DNA of 64,000 bases from an uncultured Candidatus Saccharibacteria bacterium (GCA_964446965.1 CAYUQD010000002.1:32689-96688); one strand, 5' to 3'. Positions 39,150 through 49,857 are shown, counted from the first letter of the stretch. Notes: a model not told the origin generated them from the sequence alone. Numbers and translations: made by a program.

Positions 39150-41477
39150 ATGAATGAGTCCTATGACCACAAGGCAATAGAGCAGAAATGGCAGAAAGAA
39201 TGGCAGGACACACAACTCTACAAAGTCAATGATACTGTAGTCGGTAAAGAGAATTTCTACATGCTCGTAGAGTTCAGCTACCCATCAGGTAATCTCCATG
39301 TCGGTCACTGGTATACATTTGCGGTGCCAGATATCTATGCTCGCTACAAGCGCATGAAAGGATTCAATGTGTTGTATCCTACTGGATTTGACGCATTCGG
39401 ACTTCCTGCTGAGAATGCCGCGATCAAACTTGGCGCTGACCCCAAGGTCTGGACCTATGAACAAATGGAAAAGATGCGTACTCAGCTACGCACGATGGGA
39501 GCAATGTTTGATTGGTCTCGTGAAGTCGTGACTTGTGCACCAGAGTATTACAAATGGACGCAGTGGATGTTCAACCAATTCCTTGCGCACGATCTCGTGT
39601 ATCGCGATACAACTATGGTCAACTGGTGTCCCAGAGATCAGACGATCCTCGCAAACGAGCAGGTGGTAGATGGGAAGTGTGAACGGTGTGGTAGTGATGT
39701 TATCCAACGTGAACAGCCACAATGGATGCTCCGTATTACAAAATTTGCTGACGAACTACTCAATGATCTCACTGAACTGGATTGGCCACATGCTATCAAA
39801 GAAAGTCAGCGCAATTGGATCGGCAAAAATGAAGGGACACTCGTCAAGTTTCGTATTGCCGAAAGCGATACGTCTATAGAAGTATTTACAACTCGTATCG
39901 ATACTATTATGGGAGTGACGTTCGTTGTACTCGCACCAGAACATTCGCTTGTACAACAGTTGTTGTCTCAAATCGCAAACAAGGACGCCGTACTCGCATA
40001 TATAGAGAGTACAAAAAAGAAATCTGAGCTTGATCGTCAGCAATCCAAAGAAAAGACCGGTGTGAAGCTTGAAGGTATATCTGTAGTAAATCCTGCAAAC
40101 AATGAAGAGGTACCGTTGTACATCGCAGACTACGTACTCGCTGGATACGGTACTGGTGCCGTCATGGGGGTACCACACCATGATGATCGTGATCGAGAGT
40201 TTGCGACAACACTTGGTATACGTGTCATCGATCAACCACTCGTCGACAAATTTGAGATATCAAAGAAAATAGGCGCAACCGCCCACAAGACATATCGTCT
40301 GCGTGACTGGGGTATCTCTCGTCAGCGGTATTGGGGTACTCCGATCCCAATCGTCTATGATCCTGACGGCAAGGCGCATCCAGTACCAGACGAGCACCTC
40401 CCATGGATTCTCCCCACTGATGTTGATCACACACCTGATGGTACAGCACCACTTGCGCGTAGCAAGGAACTGCACGAACGCACTGAGCGGATATTTGGTG
40501 CTGGGTGGAAACCTGAAGTAGAGACGATGGATGCGTTCGTGGACTCAACCTGGTATTTCTACCGATATCTAGATAGTCACAACGAATGGACATTTGCATC
40601 ACCTGAGAAAAGAAACATGTGGATGCCCATAGATCTCTATATGGGAGGTGCGGAGCATACGACCATGCACTTGTTGTATTCGAGATTTTGGACCAAGGCG
40701 CTCCATCGGCTCGGACTTGTCCAAGAATCAGAATCATTCAAGCTTCGTCGCAATCGCGGGCTCATCCTTGGTCCCGATGGCAACAAAATGAGTAAGTCAA
40801 AAGGCAACGTCATCAATCCCGACGAGATCGTCGAGCGTCTCGGTACAGACACTGTGCGCATGTATCTTGCATTCATGGGACCATACGGTACACCAGTCAA
40901 CTATCCATGGGATCCCAATGGTGTCGTCGGAGTACGTAGATTTCTCGAGCGTGTCTGGAAACTCAAGGACAAAATAGGGGACGGATCTATCACTGCTCAG
41001 TTGCACAAAACTATCAAGAAGATGACTGACGATATCGAAGACTACAAGTTCAACACCGCAATCGCTGCGATGATGATACTCATCAATGAATGGGAAAAAG
41101 CGCCTGTAATACTCGCCGCAGAATATCGTACGTTGCTCCAACTCCTCGCGCCGTTTGCGCCACATATGACCGAAGAATTGTGGCACATGCTACCAGATGA
41201 TCGAACGAACGTACCATATGGCACAAGACTCCCAAGTATTCACACGATAGAATGGCCACAATACAACCCGAGTCTCCTCATCGACGATACCCGCACCATC
41301 GGTATCCAGATCAATGGCAAGCTCCGTGCAGATCTCACGATCAGTACTGATGCTACCAAAGATGAGATACGAGCAGCTGCGCTCGCACTCCCGCGCATTG
41401 TCGAACTCACCAATGGGCAAACTATTACCAATGTGATTGTTGTCCCTGGACGTATCGTCAACATCGTTATCGACTAA
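39150..41477 (+). CDS. leuS: Leucyl-tRNA synthetase
   Basis: YPSGNLHVGH, SRQRYWGTPIP, KMSKSKGN. Confidence 0.97.
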   Translation: MNESYDHKAIEQKWQKEWQDTQLYKVNDTVVGKENFYMLVEFSYPSGNLHVGHWYTFAVPDIYARYKRMKGFNVLYPTGFDAFGLPAENAAIKLGADPKVWTYEQMEKMRTQLRTMGAMFDWSREVVTCAPEYYKWTQWMFNQFLAHDLVYRDTTMVNWCPRDQTILANEQVVDGKCERCGSDVIQREQPQWMLRITKFADELLNDLTELDWPHAIKESQRNWIGKNEGTLVKFRIAESDTSIEVFTTRIDTIMGVTFVVLAPEHSLVQQLLSQIANKDAVLAYIESTKKKSELDRQQSKEKTGVKLEGISVVNPANNEEVPLYIADYVLAGYGTGAVMGVPHHDDRDREFATTLGIRVIDQPLVDKFEISKKIGATAHKTYRLRDWGISRQRYWGTPIPIVYDPDGKAHPVPDEHLPWILPTDVDHTPDGTAPLARSKELHERTERIFGAGWKPEVETMDAFVDSTWYFYRYLDSHNEWTFASPEKRNMWMPIDLYMGGAEHTTMHLLYSRFWTKALHRLGLVQESESFKLRRNRGLILGPDGNKMSKSKGNVINPDEIVERLGTDTVRMYLAFMGPYGTPVNYPWDPNGVVGVRRFLERVWKLKDKIGDGSITAQLHKTIKKMTDDIEDYKFNTAIAAMMILINEWEKAPVILAAEYRTLLQLLAPFAPHMTEELWHMLPDDRTNVPYGTRLPSIHTIEWPQYNPSLLIDDTRTIGIQINGKLRADLTISTDATKDEIRAAALALPRIVELTNGQTITNVIVVPGRIVNIVID

Positions 41478-41516
41478 CTTCCGAGCACGTCATTTGTGCG
41501 GTATGATAAACACTAT

Positions 41517-43826
41517 ATGTATCAATCTTCCCTCAAGCGCTTCAATAGTATTTCATTCTTTATTATTGTTGGACTGTGCGCAGTGTTGCCATTCATCTTT
41601 CTCACTAGCAACTGGGGAGCGATAACTGCAGTAAAGAGCGCGGTATTGTACGGAGCGGTATTTCTCGCGAGTGCATGCTGGTTGATCGCACAGTTTGTCG
41701 GAGGTACATTTGAGGTTCCAAAGCATCGAGCACTCATGTTTATCGGGGTATGGGTCATTCTCGCACTCACTAGTGCACTCGCCTCTGCCAATCATAGCGT
41801 CTCATTGTGGGGGAGAGGGTTCTCGCTCGACTCATGGGCGACGACACTTGTGCTGGGGGTCTTTGCATTCCTTGTAGCGTCATTTGCTCGTGAGCAAAAG
41901 AGGCTCGTCACTATCTTTCTTGCGGCGTTCACGGGGTCCGTCATTGCGCTTGTGTTGCAGGTGAGCTTTTTTCTAGCAAAGAATACTGCATTCGTTACAA
42001 AATACTTTGGACACATTGCAACCCAAGGGACTCTCCTAGGGAGTTGGGTAGATTTTGCATATGCGGCTGCGATGACATTTGTTCTCGCACTTATGATGTA
42101 CGAAGTCTTGTCTCCCAAGGGGTTCTTCAGAAGCTTCTCACTCGCCGCGATGGTGCTGTCAGTTATTGTACTTGTCTTTCTCAATTTCAAGGCGGCATGG
42201 ATCATTGCAGTGGTGTCGTCTCTCCTCGTCTTTGTGTACAAATCGTCGGTAGAACGATCGGTGTCGAAACTTTTTCCAAAGCAGTTTGATACATCAGCTG
42301 AGAGTTCTACCCGCTTTCCCATTGCGTCTTTTGCGGCACTGCTCATTTCGCTATTCTTTGTACTTACGAGTGCTTCTGTGGGGGTACGGATAGCACAGCG
42401 AGTGGGGATCAACTTTACCGATGTGCGCCCTTCATTTACAACCACAAACCATGTCGCTGGTGCTACGTTGCGAAGGGACCCATTACTTGGTGCGGGTGCG
42501 GGACGATTTGGGGAGATGTGGGAGCTCTATCGACCACTCGAGGTCAATCAGACAGAGTTTTGGAATGTGCGGTTTGAGTCAGGGTATAGCATGTTCCAGA
42601 CCATGGGTACGACCAATGGTATTCTCGTCGTCATTGCATTCCTCTGTGTGATGGCTGCAGTAGTGATCCATGGCTTCACGATGTTTAGCTACAAGTTCCC
42701 CGATGCATTCAGCCGCTTCATCGCAGTATCTTCATTGATTATGGTGGTGTCATTTGTGGGACTTTATATATTCTTTTCTCCGGGAATAGTACTTGTTGTA
42801 TGGGGCTTCATGTACATCGGACTCCTTGTGGGAGTATCGACTCTGGTCAAACGTACTACCACTATCACCATTACGTATCTCAAGGATCCCCGCACAAGTT
42901 TCTTTGCGATACTGCTCTTGGTAGTTGCCACTATTGCTGCCTGTGGCGCTACATATGCAACGGGCAATAAATTTGCGAGCATTACATACTACAACCGAGC
43001 ACTCCTTGCTACCGATATTGCAGTGAGCAAGGCGCACCTTGATCGAGCGATCAGACTATCGACCAATGATGTATATCTGCGTACACGTGCAGCGCTTGCG
43101 GTCCAAGAGTTTGCGACTACCGCACAGACTGATGCGTCCAACAAGGCGTCGTTGCAGCGTGCATTCTCAGAAGCAGAATCATATGCCCAAGCCGCAGTGG
43201 CATGGGATAGAACTTCTGCGACCAACTGGCTCGGTCTCAGTCAGGTATATCAGCTCATTGCTTCTGCAAATGACAATGATGCATATAGTGCTGCCGTCCA
43301 AGCAGTCGAACAGGCAGTTGCTCGTAGTCCATACAATCCCCAGTATCGATATAGTCAGGCCGAGATAGCACTGACCAAGGCAGATACAACGAGTGCGCTT
43401 GCGTTCATTGCGCAGGCGATAGAGCTCAAGCCCAATTATCTCGCCGCATACGTCTTGCGCGCGCAGGTACGACTCAAGGCAGGCGAGACTGATGCTCCTG
43501 TCCAAGAACTCATGTCGTATATCAAGGTTGCTCCCTACGATGCAAGTGCATATCTCTTGCTCGGACAAGCTTTCACTTCGGCACAGCAATACTCTCGTGC
43601 CCTCGAAGCATTCAAGTATGCTCGGGAGATCAACTCAACTGACCCCAACGCGCTCCTCGGTATTATCAACACATATTCTTCTCTCGGCAATACCACAGAG
43701 GCACTCCGTGCGCTTGACGAATTTGCGCAACAATTTCCCAATGTCACCGGTGTCGCAGAGAGGCGCGCGCAACTCCAGTCATTCCAAACCCCAGTACAAA
43801 CCACTGAAGAACAAAAGAATCCATGA
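41517..43826 (+). CDS. Multi-TM O-antigen-ligase-like protein with C-terminal TPRs
   Basis: Many TM segments, PLLGAGAGRF, TPR-like repeats. Confidence 0.7.
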   Translation: MYQSSLKRFNSISFFIIVGLCAVLPFIFLTSNWGAITAVKSAVLYGAVFLASACWLIAQFVGGTFEVPKHRALMFIGVWVILALTSALASANHSVSLWGRGFSLDSWATTLVLGVFAFLVASFAREQKRLVTIFLAAFTGSVIALVLQVSFFLAKNTAFVTKYFGHIATQGTLLGSWVDFAYAAAMTFVLALMMYEVLSPKGFFRSFSLAAMVLSVIVLVFLNFKAAWIIAVVSSLLVFVYKSSVERSVSKLFPKQFDTSAESSTRFPIASFAALLISLFFVLTSASVGVRIAQRVGINFTDVRPSFTTTNHVAGATLRRDPLLGAGAGRFGEMWELYRPLEVNQTEFWNVRFESGYSMFQTMGTTNGILVVIAFLCVMAAVVIHGFTMFSYKFPDAFSRFIAVSSLIMVVSFVGLYIFFSPGIVLVVWGFMYIGLLVGVSTLVKRTTTITITYLKDPRTSFFAILLLVVATIAACGATYATGNKFASITYYNRALLATDIAVSKAHLDRAIRLSTNDVYLRTRAALAVQEFATTAQTDASNKASLQRAFSEAESYAQAAVAWDRTSATNWLGLSQVYQLIASANDNDAYSAAVQAVEQAVARSPYNPQYRYSQAEIALTKADTTSALAFIAQAIELKPNYLAAYVLRAQVRLKAGETDAPVQELMSYIKVAPYDASAYLLLGQAFTSAQQYSRALEAFKYAREINSTDPNALLGIINTYSSLGNTTEALRALDEFAQQFPNVTGVAERRAQLQSFQTPVQTTEEQKNP

Positions 43827-45529
43827 TGGTATCCCGCTTCTTCAAATTACTCAATCGTGATGTGACGAGCATGAACCAAGCCGCGCTCGTGCTTGCGGTG
43901 TTTTCGATTGTTTCGCAACTCTTTGGACTTATACGCGATCGACTCCTTGCCTCTCTCGTCGGACCTTCGGCATCATTGGATATTTATTATGCTGCATTTC
44001 GTATACCAGATTTTATTTACAATTCATTCGGAGTACTCTTTTCATTGACGGTACTCATCCCATTTATTTCTCAGTATATGGAAGAAGAAAAGTCCACCGG
44101 CAAGGCGCATGCTCTCAAGCACTTTCTCAATACAGTCTTCACAGTATTTTCTCTCGGCATGGTGCTCATCTGTCTCATCGCATTTGTCTGTATGCCGTGG
44201 CTTACTCATCTGACAGCGCCAGGATTTGATGTGGGTGCTCGAGCGACCTTGGTGCTGTATTCACGTATTATGCTCATCTCACCATTCTTTTTTGGATTAT
44301 CGAGTTTGTTGTCGTCATTTGCACAGGTCCAAAAGAAATTCTTTTCATTTGCGATTGCGCCATTGTTTTATAGTTTTGGGATATTGGTTGGGGTTGTACT
44401 CTTTCGAGAGTGGTGGGGGATGATAGGGGTGGTGATCGGAGTTGTTGTGGGGGCGTTCATGTACTTCCTCGTACAAGTACCAACATTGTACGAGCTCGGC
44501 AAGATCCCGCAGTTTGTACGAGTTATTGATTGGGGGTTGATACGCCGCATTATGAAGCTCTCGCTGCCACGGACTCTAGGGTCGTCACTCTCGAACCTTA
44601 CATTCATCGCGATGGGCGCATTTGCATCAGTCCTTGCGGTGGGGTCTATATCTATTTTCCAGTTTTCATACAACATTGAGAATACACCACTGCTCATCAT
44701 CGGTATCTCGTATGCTGTTGCGGCATTCCCGACGATGAGTCGGCTCTTCTCCGAAGGTAATAAAAAGGAGCTGCTCCAAGTCCTCGAGAGCGCCGTACGC
44801 AATATATGTTTTCTCGCGATCCCTGCGTCACTCCTCATGATCGTGCTTCGTGCACATGTTGTACGTGTACTCCTCGGGACCGGAGCGTTCTCGTGGAATG
44901 ATACCCGACTCGTCGCTGCTGCTGTGGCGTTATTCTCGATATCGATCGTTGCGCAGTGTATCGTACTCCTCATGGTGCGCGCATTTTATGCAACAGGGGA
45001 GACACGAGCACCGCTGCGTATCAACGCGCTGGGTCTCATTGTGACAATAGTTGCCGCGGTGGTACTTCTCATTTCATATCGCGACATTCCATTCTTCCAT
45101 TATTTCATCGATAGTCTGATGCGTATCGAAGGAGTAGAGGGGAGTACGGTCATCATGCTGCCACTTGCATTCTCGATCGGGCAGATCGTCAACGCAGTGT
45201 TGTTGTGGAGAGCATTCGCTCGCCGACTCCACGGCTCTCGAGCTGCGCATACAGCGCTCGGTCGCACTATCTCGCATATGCTTGCCGCAGGTATCATCAG
45301 TGCGGCGGCAACGTATGCGACATTGCGGGCGGTAGGGACGGGGGTAGACCAGAGCCATGTTTTGGGAGTACTCATTCAGGCAGGTATTGCTGGAGCAATA
45401 GGACTCATTGTCTACGCAATAATACTCATCGCACTACGCAACCAGGACATCACCCTATTTATTGCGACTATTCGCTCCAAGTTCTGGAAACAGCGCCCAA
45501 TGGTCGTCCCACAGCAGCAGGATCTATAA
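43823..45529 (+). CDS. murJ: Lipid II flippase MurJ
   Basis: GLIRDRLLA, DIYYAAFRIPD, RAFYA..TRAP. Confidence 0.9.
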   Translation: MMVSRFFKLLNRDVTSMNQAALVLAVFSIVSQLFGLIRDRLLASLVGPSASLDIYYAAFRIPDFIYNSFGVLFSLTVLIPFISQYMEEEKSTGKAHALKHFLNTVFTVFSLGMVLICLIAFVCMPWLTHLTAPGFDVGARATLVLYSRIMLISPFFFGLSSLLSSFAQVQKKFFSFAIAPLFYSFGILVGVVLFREWWGMIGVVIGVVVGAFMYFLVQVPTLYELGKIPQFVRVIDWGLIRRIMKLSLPRTLGSSLSNLTFIAMGAFASVLAVGSISIFQFSYNIENTPLLIIGISYAVAAFPTMSRLFSEGNKKELLQVLESAVRNICFLAIPASLLMIVLRAHVVRVLLGTGAFSWNDTRLVAAAVALFSISIVAQCIVLLMVRAFYATGETRAPLRINALGLIVTIVAAVVLLISYRDIPFFHYFIDSLMRIEGVEGSTVIMLPLAFSIGQIVNAVLLWRAFARRLHGSRAAHTALGRTISHMLAAGIISAAATYATLRAVGTGVDQSHVLGVLIQAGIAGAIGLIVYAIILIALRNQDITLFIATIRSKFWKQRPMVVPQQQDL

Positions 45530-45645
45530 GATATATTTTCTAACAAGTCGCTGAAATACCCTTGATTATAAGGGTATTTTTAATTGACAAAAAGACAAAA
45601 TAATGATATAATATATTCAGTACTGAACCTTTAAAAAATCTATAT

Positions 45646-46164
45646 ATGAAAGTAATATTTTTCTTCACATTATTATTTGCAACGAAAAATATCTGTGCGC
45701 AAAACACTGTAACATTCCAGCAACTTATGTCGGGCAAATATGGACAACTCATAATGTCAGATCAATTCAAATCTGCCGTTGCGTCCCACATTCCCACCAA
45801 AAATGTATCTCTTCCGACTACATTCAAAAAGAATATTATTCCGAGGAGTTATATTCTAAAGAAAAGTATGAGCATAGATACTCTGGTGCATACATACCAT
45901 GCCCCTAATGCATTGGAGTTGCACGATCTCTCATCAATATTGGGAAGTTATGGCAAAGGGAACTTCAACAAGCTTACCTTTAGCAAAGATGTACCTACGA
46001 TAACGTTCGTGGTTTACAGAGGTGTGACTCGCACGGAGGAATACATTGTTGAGCTATACTTTTCGCCAACGAAAAACGCATGGGTACTCGAAGCATTTCC
46101 TGTTGGACCTATCATGGGTGAAAAGTCCCCGATCAACAAAGGAACACAATTTCTCACGTATTGA
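45646..46164 (+). CDS. Secreted hypothetical protein (islet)
   Basis: Signal peptide ...KNICA|Q; terminator 45554-45579, TTGACA-N17-TATAAT 45584-45612, UUCG terminator 46186-46209. Confidence 0.75.
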   Translation: MKVIFFFTLLFATKNICAQNTVTFQQLMSGKYGQLIMSDQFKSAVASHIPTKNVSLPTTFKKNIIPRSYILKKSMSIDTLVHTYHAPNALELHDLSSILGSYGKGNFNKLTFSKDVPTITFVVYRGVTRTEEYIVELYFSPTKNAWVLEAFPVGPIMGEKSPINKGTQFLTY

Positions 46165-46253
46165 GTAGTACTCGCACAAATTCGCAAAGCCACTTCGGTG
46201 GCTTTTTTTCTTTTCCCAAAAACACATTTTTCTGGTATAGTTTGCCCACATTT

Positions 46254-48050
46254 ATGGACTCAAACCACATCCGCAATTTTAGTATTATTGCCCATATCGA
46301 CCACGGCAAGTCAACGCTCGCCGACCGTATGCTCGAAGTCACGGGTACTATCGAAGCCCGCAAGATGCGTGATCAAGTCCTCGACTCGATGGAGCTCGAA
46401 CGCGAACGCGGTATCACGATCAAGATGCAGCCGGTCAGGATGAAGTATGCACACAACGGTGCAGACTACCTGCTCAACCTCATTGACACCCCAGGTCACA
46501 TCGACTTTTCATACGAAGTATCGCGCGCGCTCAAGGCGGTCGAAGGATCTCTCCTCCTCGTCGACGCAACCCAAGGGGTACAGGCACAGACACTCACGAC
46601 ACTCGAGATGGCGCGTAGTAGTGGCCTCGTTATCATTCCTGTCATTACCAAAGTTGATAGCCAACTCGCCCGTCCCGACGATATCAAACTCGAGATCGCA
46701 GAGCTCCTCGACTGTGATCCGGCAGATGTCATCGCTGTATCTGGTCGCACTGGGGAAGGTGTCGCAGAGCTCCTCGCTGCCATTATCGAACGCATCCCGC
46801 CACCAGTCATTGAGACAGTGGACGCATCTCCACAGGGACTTATCTTTGATTTCTCATATTCCAACCACAAGGGTGTCATTATCTTTACACGTCTCTATCA
46901 AGGCAGTATCAAAAAAGGGGATGAACTCATCTTTGCCGCGTCCAAACAAAAGTTCAACGTTCTCGAAGTCGGCGTCTTCACTCCCGAAGCCACCGCCACA
47001 GATGCTATCGCCGCTGGATCTATCGGCTACATCGTCACGGGTATCAAGCAGCCAGGTATCGCAGCGGTCGGAGATACGATCACGAGCTTCAAGAACCCTG
47101 CCCCATCTCTCGGTGGATACGAGCAACCCCGCCCTGTCGTATGGGCATCGATCTATCCGGAGAGTCAGGACGACTTTGACGAGCTCAAACTCGCGCTTGG
47201 CAAACTCCGTCTCTCCGACTCCTCATTTAGCTACGAAGAAGAAGTCTCTGGCGCACTCGGTCGGGGATATCGATGCGGATTTCTTGGGATGCTCCACCTT
47301 GAGATCATCAGTGAGCGATTGCGACGTGAATTCAACCTCGAGCTCATTGTGACGATTCCTTCTACTACATACGAAGTCATTCTCCGTGGTGGCAAGCAGG
47401 TGAAGGTGTATTCACCCCACCTCTTTCCTGATGATGGATCGATCCAGAGTATCGAAGAACCATGGGTTCGCGCATCGGTCATTGTACCGCTCCCGCAAGT
47501 CGGTATCCTGATGCCATTCCTCTACGAACACGAGGCAGAGGTCACTGATGTGGTCAACTTTGCGCATGATCGCTCCAAGGTTATCTGTCTCATGCCACTA
47601 CGTGAGATGATGCGCAACTTCTTTGATGAATTGAAAAGTCTGACTTCTGGATATGGATCAGTGTCATACGAGATCGCCGAGATGCGTAGTGCAGATGTGA
47701 CGCGTCTGGATATGATCATCGGGGATGAGGTACAGCCTGCATTCACTCGCATCATCTCACGACGTCGTGTCGAAGAAGACGCCAACGAATTTGTCGACAA
47801 ACTCGAGAAGCTCATGCCTCGTCAGCAAGTCGTCATGAAGATCCAAGCAAAGGCATTTGGGCGCATTGTAGCATCACGCACAATGAAGGCGTTCCGCAAG
47901 GATGTGACCGGACATCTGTATGGTGGTGACGTCTCGCGCAAAAACAAACTTCTCGATAAACAAAAGAAGGGAAAGAAAAAGATGCGCGAACACGCGACGG
48001 TGAACATCCCGCACGACGTCTTTATCAAAGTGATGCGAAATACTGAGTAG
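46254..48050 (+). CDS. lepA: Elongation factor 4
   Basis: IRNFSIIAHIDHGKSTLADR, GFLGMLH, YGGDVSRK. Confidence 0.98.
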   Translation: MDSNHIRNFSIIAHIDHGKSTLADRMLEVTGTIEARKMRDQVLDSMELERERGITIKMQPVRMKYAHNGADYLLNLIDTPGHIDFSYEVSRALKAVEGSLLLVDATQGVQAQTLTTLEMARSSGLVIIPVITKVDSQLARPDDIKLEIAELLDCDPADVIAVSGRTGEGVAELLAAIIERIPPPVIETVDASPQGLIFDFSYSNHKGVIIFTRLYQGSIKKGDELIFAASKQKFNVLEVGVFTPEATATDAIAAGSIGYIVTGIKQPGIAAVGDTITSFKNPAPSLGGYEQPRPVVWASIYPESQDDFDELKLALGKLRLSDSSFSYEEEVSGALGRGYRCGFLGMLHLEIISERLRREFNLELIVTIPSTTYEVILRGGKQVKVYSPHLFPDDGSIQSIEEPWVRASVIVPLPQVGILMPFLYEHEAEVTDVVNFAHDRSKVICLMPLREMMRNFFDELKSLTSGYGSVSYEIAEMRSADVTRLDMIIGDEVQPAFTRIISRRRVEEDANEFVDKLEKLMPRQQVVMKIQAKAFGRIVASRTMKAFRKDVTGHLYGGDVSRKNKLLDKQKKGKKKMREHATVNIPHDVFIKVMRNTE

Positions 48051-48053
48051 TCG

Positions 48054-48161
48054 TTAGTTGAGAAGCGGTGCAATAGTAAAGATGAGCATACTCAAGATCA
48101 CAAAGATACCAAAGACCTTGAGCCACACACCTGCACGCTTTCTGTTATGATTGAATAGCAT
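48054..48161 (-). CDS. 35-aa single-TM protein (not in ORF track)
   Basis: MLFNHNRKRAGVWLKVFGIFVILSMLIFTIAPLLN* fills the gap after lepA. Confidence 0.6.
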   Translation of the reverse strand: MLFNHNRKRAGVWLKVFGIFVILSMLIFTIAPLLN

Positions 48162-48181
48162 ATCCATCATCCTATCACGCA

Positions 48182-48574
48182 ATGGCAAAAACACAATTTA
48201 CCAAAACTCCACACCGTGTCTCTCCCAAGCGCCTTCTCGCTGCCCTTGTCGCGCTCAGTGTTGCATTCCTCCTCCTAACTTCAGTGGTGAGTATTGCGCA
48301 GAAATATAGCGCCACTCGCAAACATATCGTCGAACTCGAACAAGAAAAGGCTGCTCTAGAGGCAAAGCAGGCCAACCTCAAAGAAATGAATGATTACATT
48401 CAGACCCCTGCAGGATCCGAGCAACTTTTGCGTCAAAAATACAACGTCGTCAAGCCAGGAGAGGGGGTTATCGTTGTCGCAAATCCATCCACAATAGAGC
48501 CACAGACTCGTTCCAGCGCTGTCGGACGATGGTGGAACGCCATATTGATGGGGCTTGGAATCCGCAAAGAGTAG
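48182..48574 (+). CDS. Septum formation initiator (FtsB/DivIC-like)
   Basis: TM, coiled coil, EQLLRQKYNVVKPGE. Confidence 0.8.
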   Translation: MAKTQFTKTPHRVSPKRLLAALVALSVAFLLLTSVVSIAQKYSATRKHIVELEQEKAALEAKQANLKEMNDYIQTPAGSEQLLRQKYNVVKPGEGVIVVANPSTIEPQTRSSAVGRWWNAILMGLGIRKE

Positions 48575-48589
48575 GATTATACTGTACTT

Positions 48590-48826
48590 ATGAAACCTAT
48601 CACCATCTACAGCACACCCGTATGTCACTATTGTAACCTTGCCAAGGACTTCTTTAAGGCAAATAACATTGCGTATACCGAATATAATGTGGCTACAGAT
48701 ATGGACAAGCGCACCGAGATGATGGAACTCACGGGCCAGATGGGGGTACCTGTCATTCGCGTCGGAGACGACATCATGGTTGGCTTCCAAGAGTCTCATA
48801 TGAGGCAGGTCTTGGGAATGGCATAA
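48590..48826 (+). CDS. Glutaredoxin/NrdH-like protein
   Basis: YSTPVCHYC, GQMGVPVI. Confidence 0.92.
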   Translation: MKPITIYSTPVCHYCNLAKDFFKANNIAYTEYNVATDMDKRTEMMELTGQMGVPVIRVGDDIMVGFQESHMRQVLGMA

Positions 48827-48832
48827 ACCCTC

Positions 48833-48904
48833 GCTTTCGTAGTTAAATGGATATAACTGCCCCGTCCTAAGGGGTAATTGTAGGTTCGATTCCTACCGAG
48901 AGCA
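48833..48904 (+). tRNA. tRNA-Arg(CCT), CCA not encoded
   Basis: GCTTTCG/CGAGAGC acceptor stem, loop GTCCTAA, GGTTCGATTCC T-arm. Confidence 0.9.
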
Positions 48905-48925
48905 CTCTTTGGTATACTAAGTAGT

Positions 48926-49174
48926 ATGATAGACACAGACCTCGACGTACGACTCTCGGCAATGGAGAAAAAGATCGACGATATGCATGCAGTCGTCATG
49001 CGTATGCGCCGTGCACAGATCACTGCGCGCAACCGCAAGGTGCTCTACTGGGCCGTCATCATCGCACTTGGTGTCATTTCCTACTACTCGATCAAGCCCT
49101 ATCTCGAGCAGATACAGTCGCTCACTGACACTGCAGGGGACTATGGGGCACTCCTCAATAGTATCAATCAATAG
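48926..49174 (+). CDS. Hypothetical single-TM protein
   Basis: TATACT just upstream; core-like codons. Confidence 0.7.
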   Translation: MIDTDLDVRLSAMEKKIDDMHAVVMRMRRAQITARNRKVLYWAVIIALGVISYYSIKPYLEQIQSLTDTAGDYGALLNSINQ

Positions 49175-49231
49175 CGTTGCTTTTTGACCCTTTTTCGTGT
49201 ATAAAATGTGTACCAAAAGCGTAGCTTTTAC

Positions 49232-49307
49232 GCTCAAGTAGCTCAGTTGGTAGAGCGCTCCCCTGAAGAGGGAGATGTCACCAGTTCAAGTCTGGTCTTG
49301 AGCACCA
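49232..49307 (+). tRNA. tRNA-Phe(GAA)
   Basis: GCTCAAG/CTTGAGC-ACCA, loop CTGAAGA. Confidence 0.96.
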
Positions 49308-49353
49308 AGAAACAAAAGATCCCTACATATCGTGTGGGGATCTTTTGTTTGTA

Positions 49354-49857
49354 TTATATTGATTTGATCTTCAACACACTTCGTCGTCGCTTATCTACCT
49401 TTGGCATCTTGATGATGAGCATGCCGTGGCGTTCGATGGCTTCGGCGTTGTCGATCTCGACTTCCTCAGGGAGGTCTACAATGCGCTCAAATGCGCCCCA
49501 GTAGAGCTCACGGACGTGGTAGGAGTCGTTGGGGACACCTTTACTCTCTTCGCGTTTGCCGCTGATAGAGACGACGTCACGCGTGATATCGATAGTGAGG
49601 TTCTCGGGAAGGACGCCTGCGATGAGGGTCTGGATGATGATCTCGTTTTGGGTCTCGTACACATCGACAGGGAGCTCGCCGACTTCTTCGGACTTTACGT
49701 GCTTCTTTTCGCTCGTATCATCCTCGGTGATGTGGAGCTCGCGTTTCTCGGTTGCACGAGGGGATTCGCGCTTTGGTTCTTCGCGTGCTTCTATCTCATC
49801 GGTATCGTCAAAGCGAAGGTTGCCTGCGAGTCGTTCAAAAAATGATGGTTTCTTCAT
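49354..49857 (-). CDS. Hsp20/alpha-crystallin small heat-shock protein
   Basis: PVDVYET, ELYWGAFERIVDLP, HGMLIIKMPK. Confidence 0.93.
   Translation of the reverse strand: MKKPSFFERLAGNLRFDDTDEIEAREEPKRESPRATEKRELHITEDDTSEKKHVKSEEVGELPVDVYETQNEIIIQTLIAGVLPENLTIDITRDVVSISGKREESKGVPNDSYHVRELYWGAFERIVDLPEEVEIDNAEAIERHGMLIIKMPKVDKRRRSVLKIKSI

Noticed and set aside
41195-41235. Palindromic in-frame insertion in leuS (GTACCATATGGCAC)
   Set aside because: Short, imperfect and single-copy in the window.
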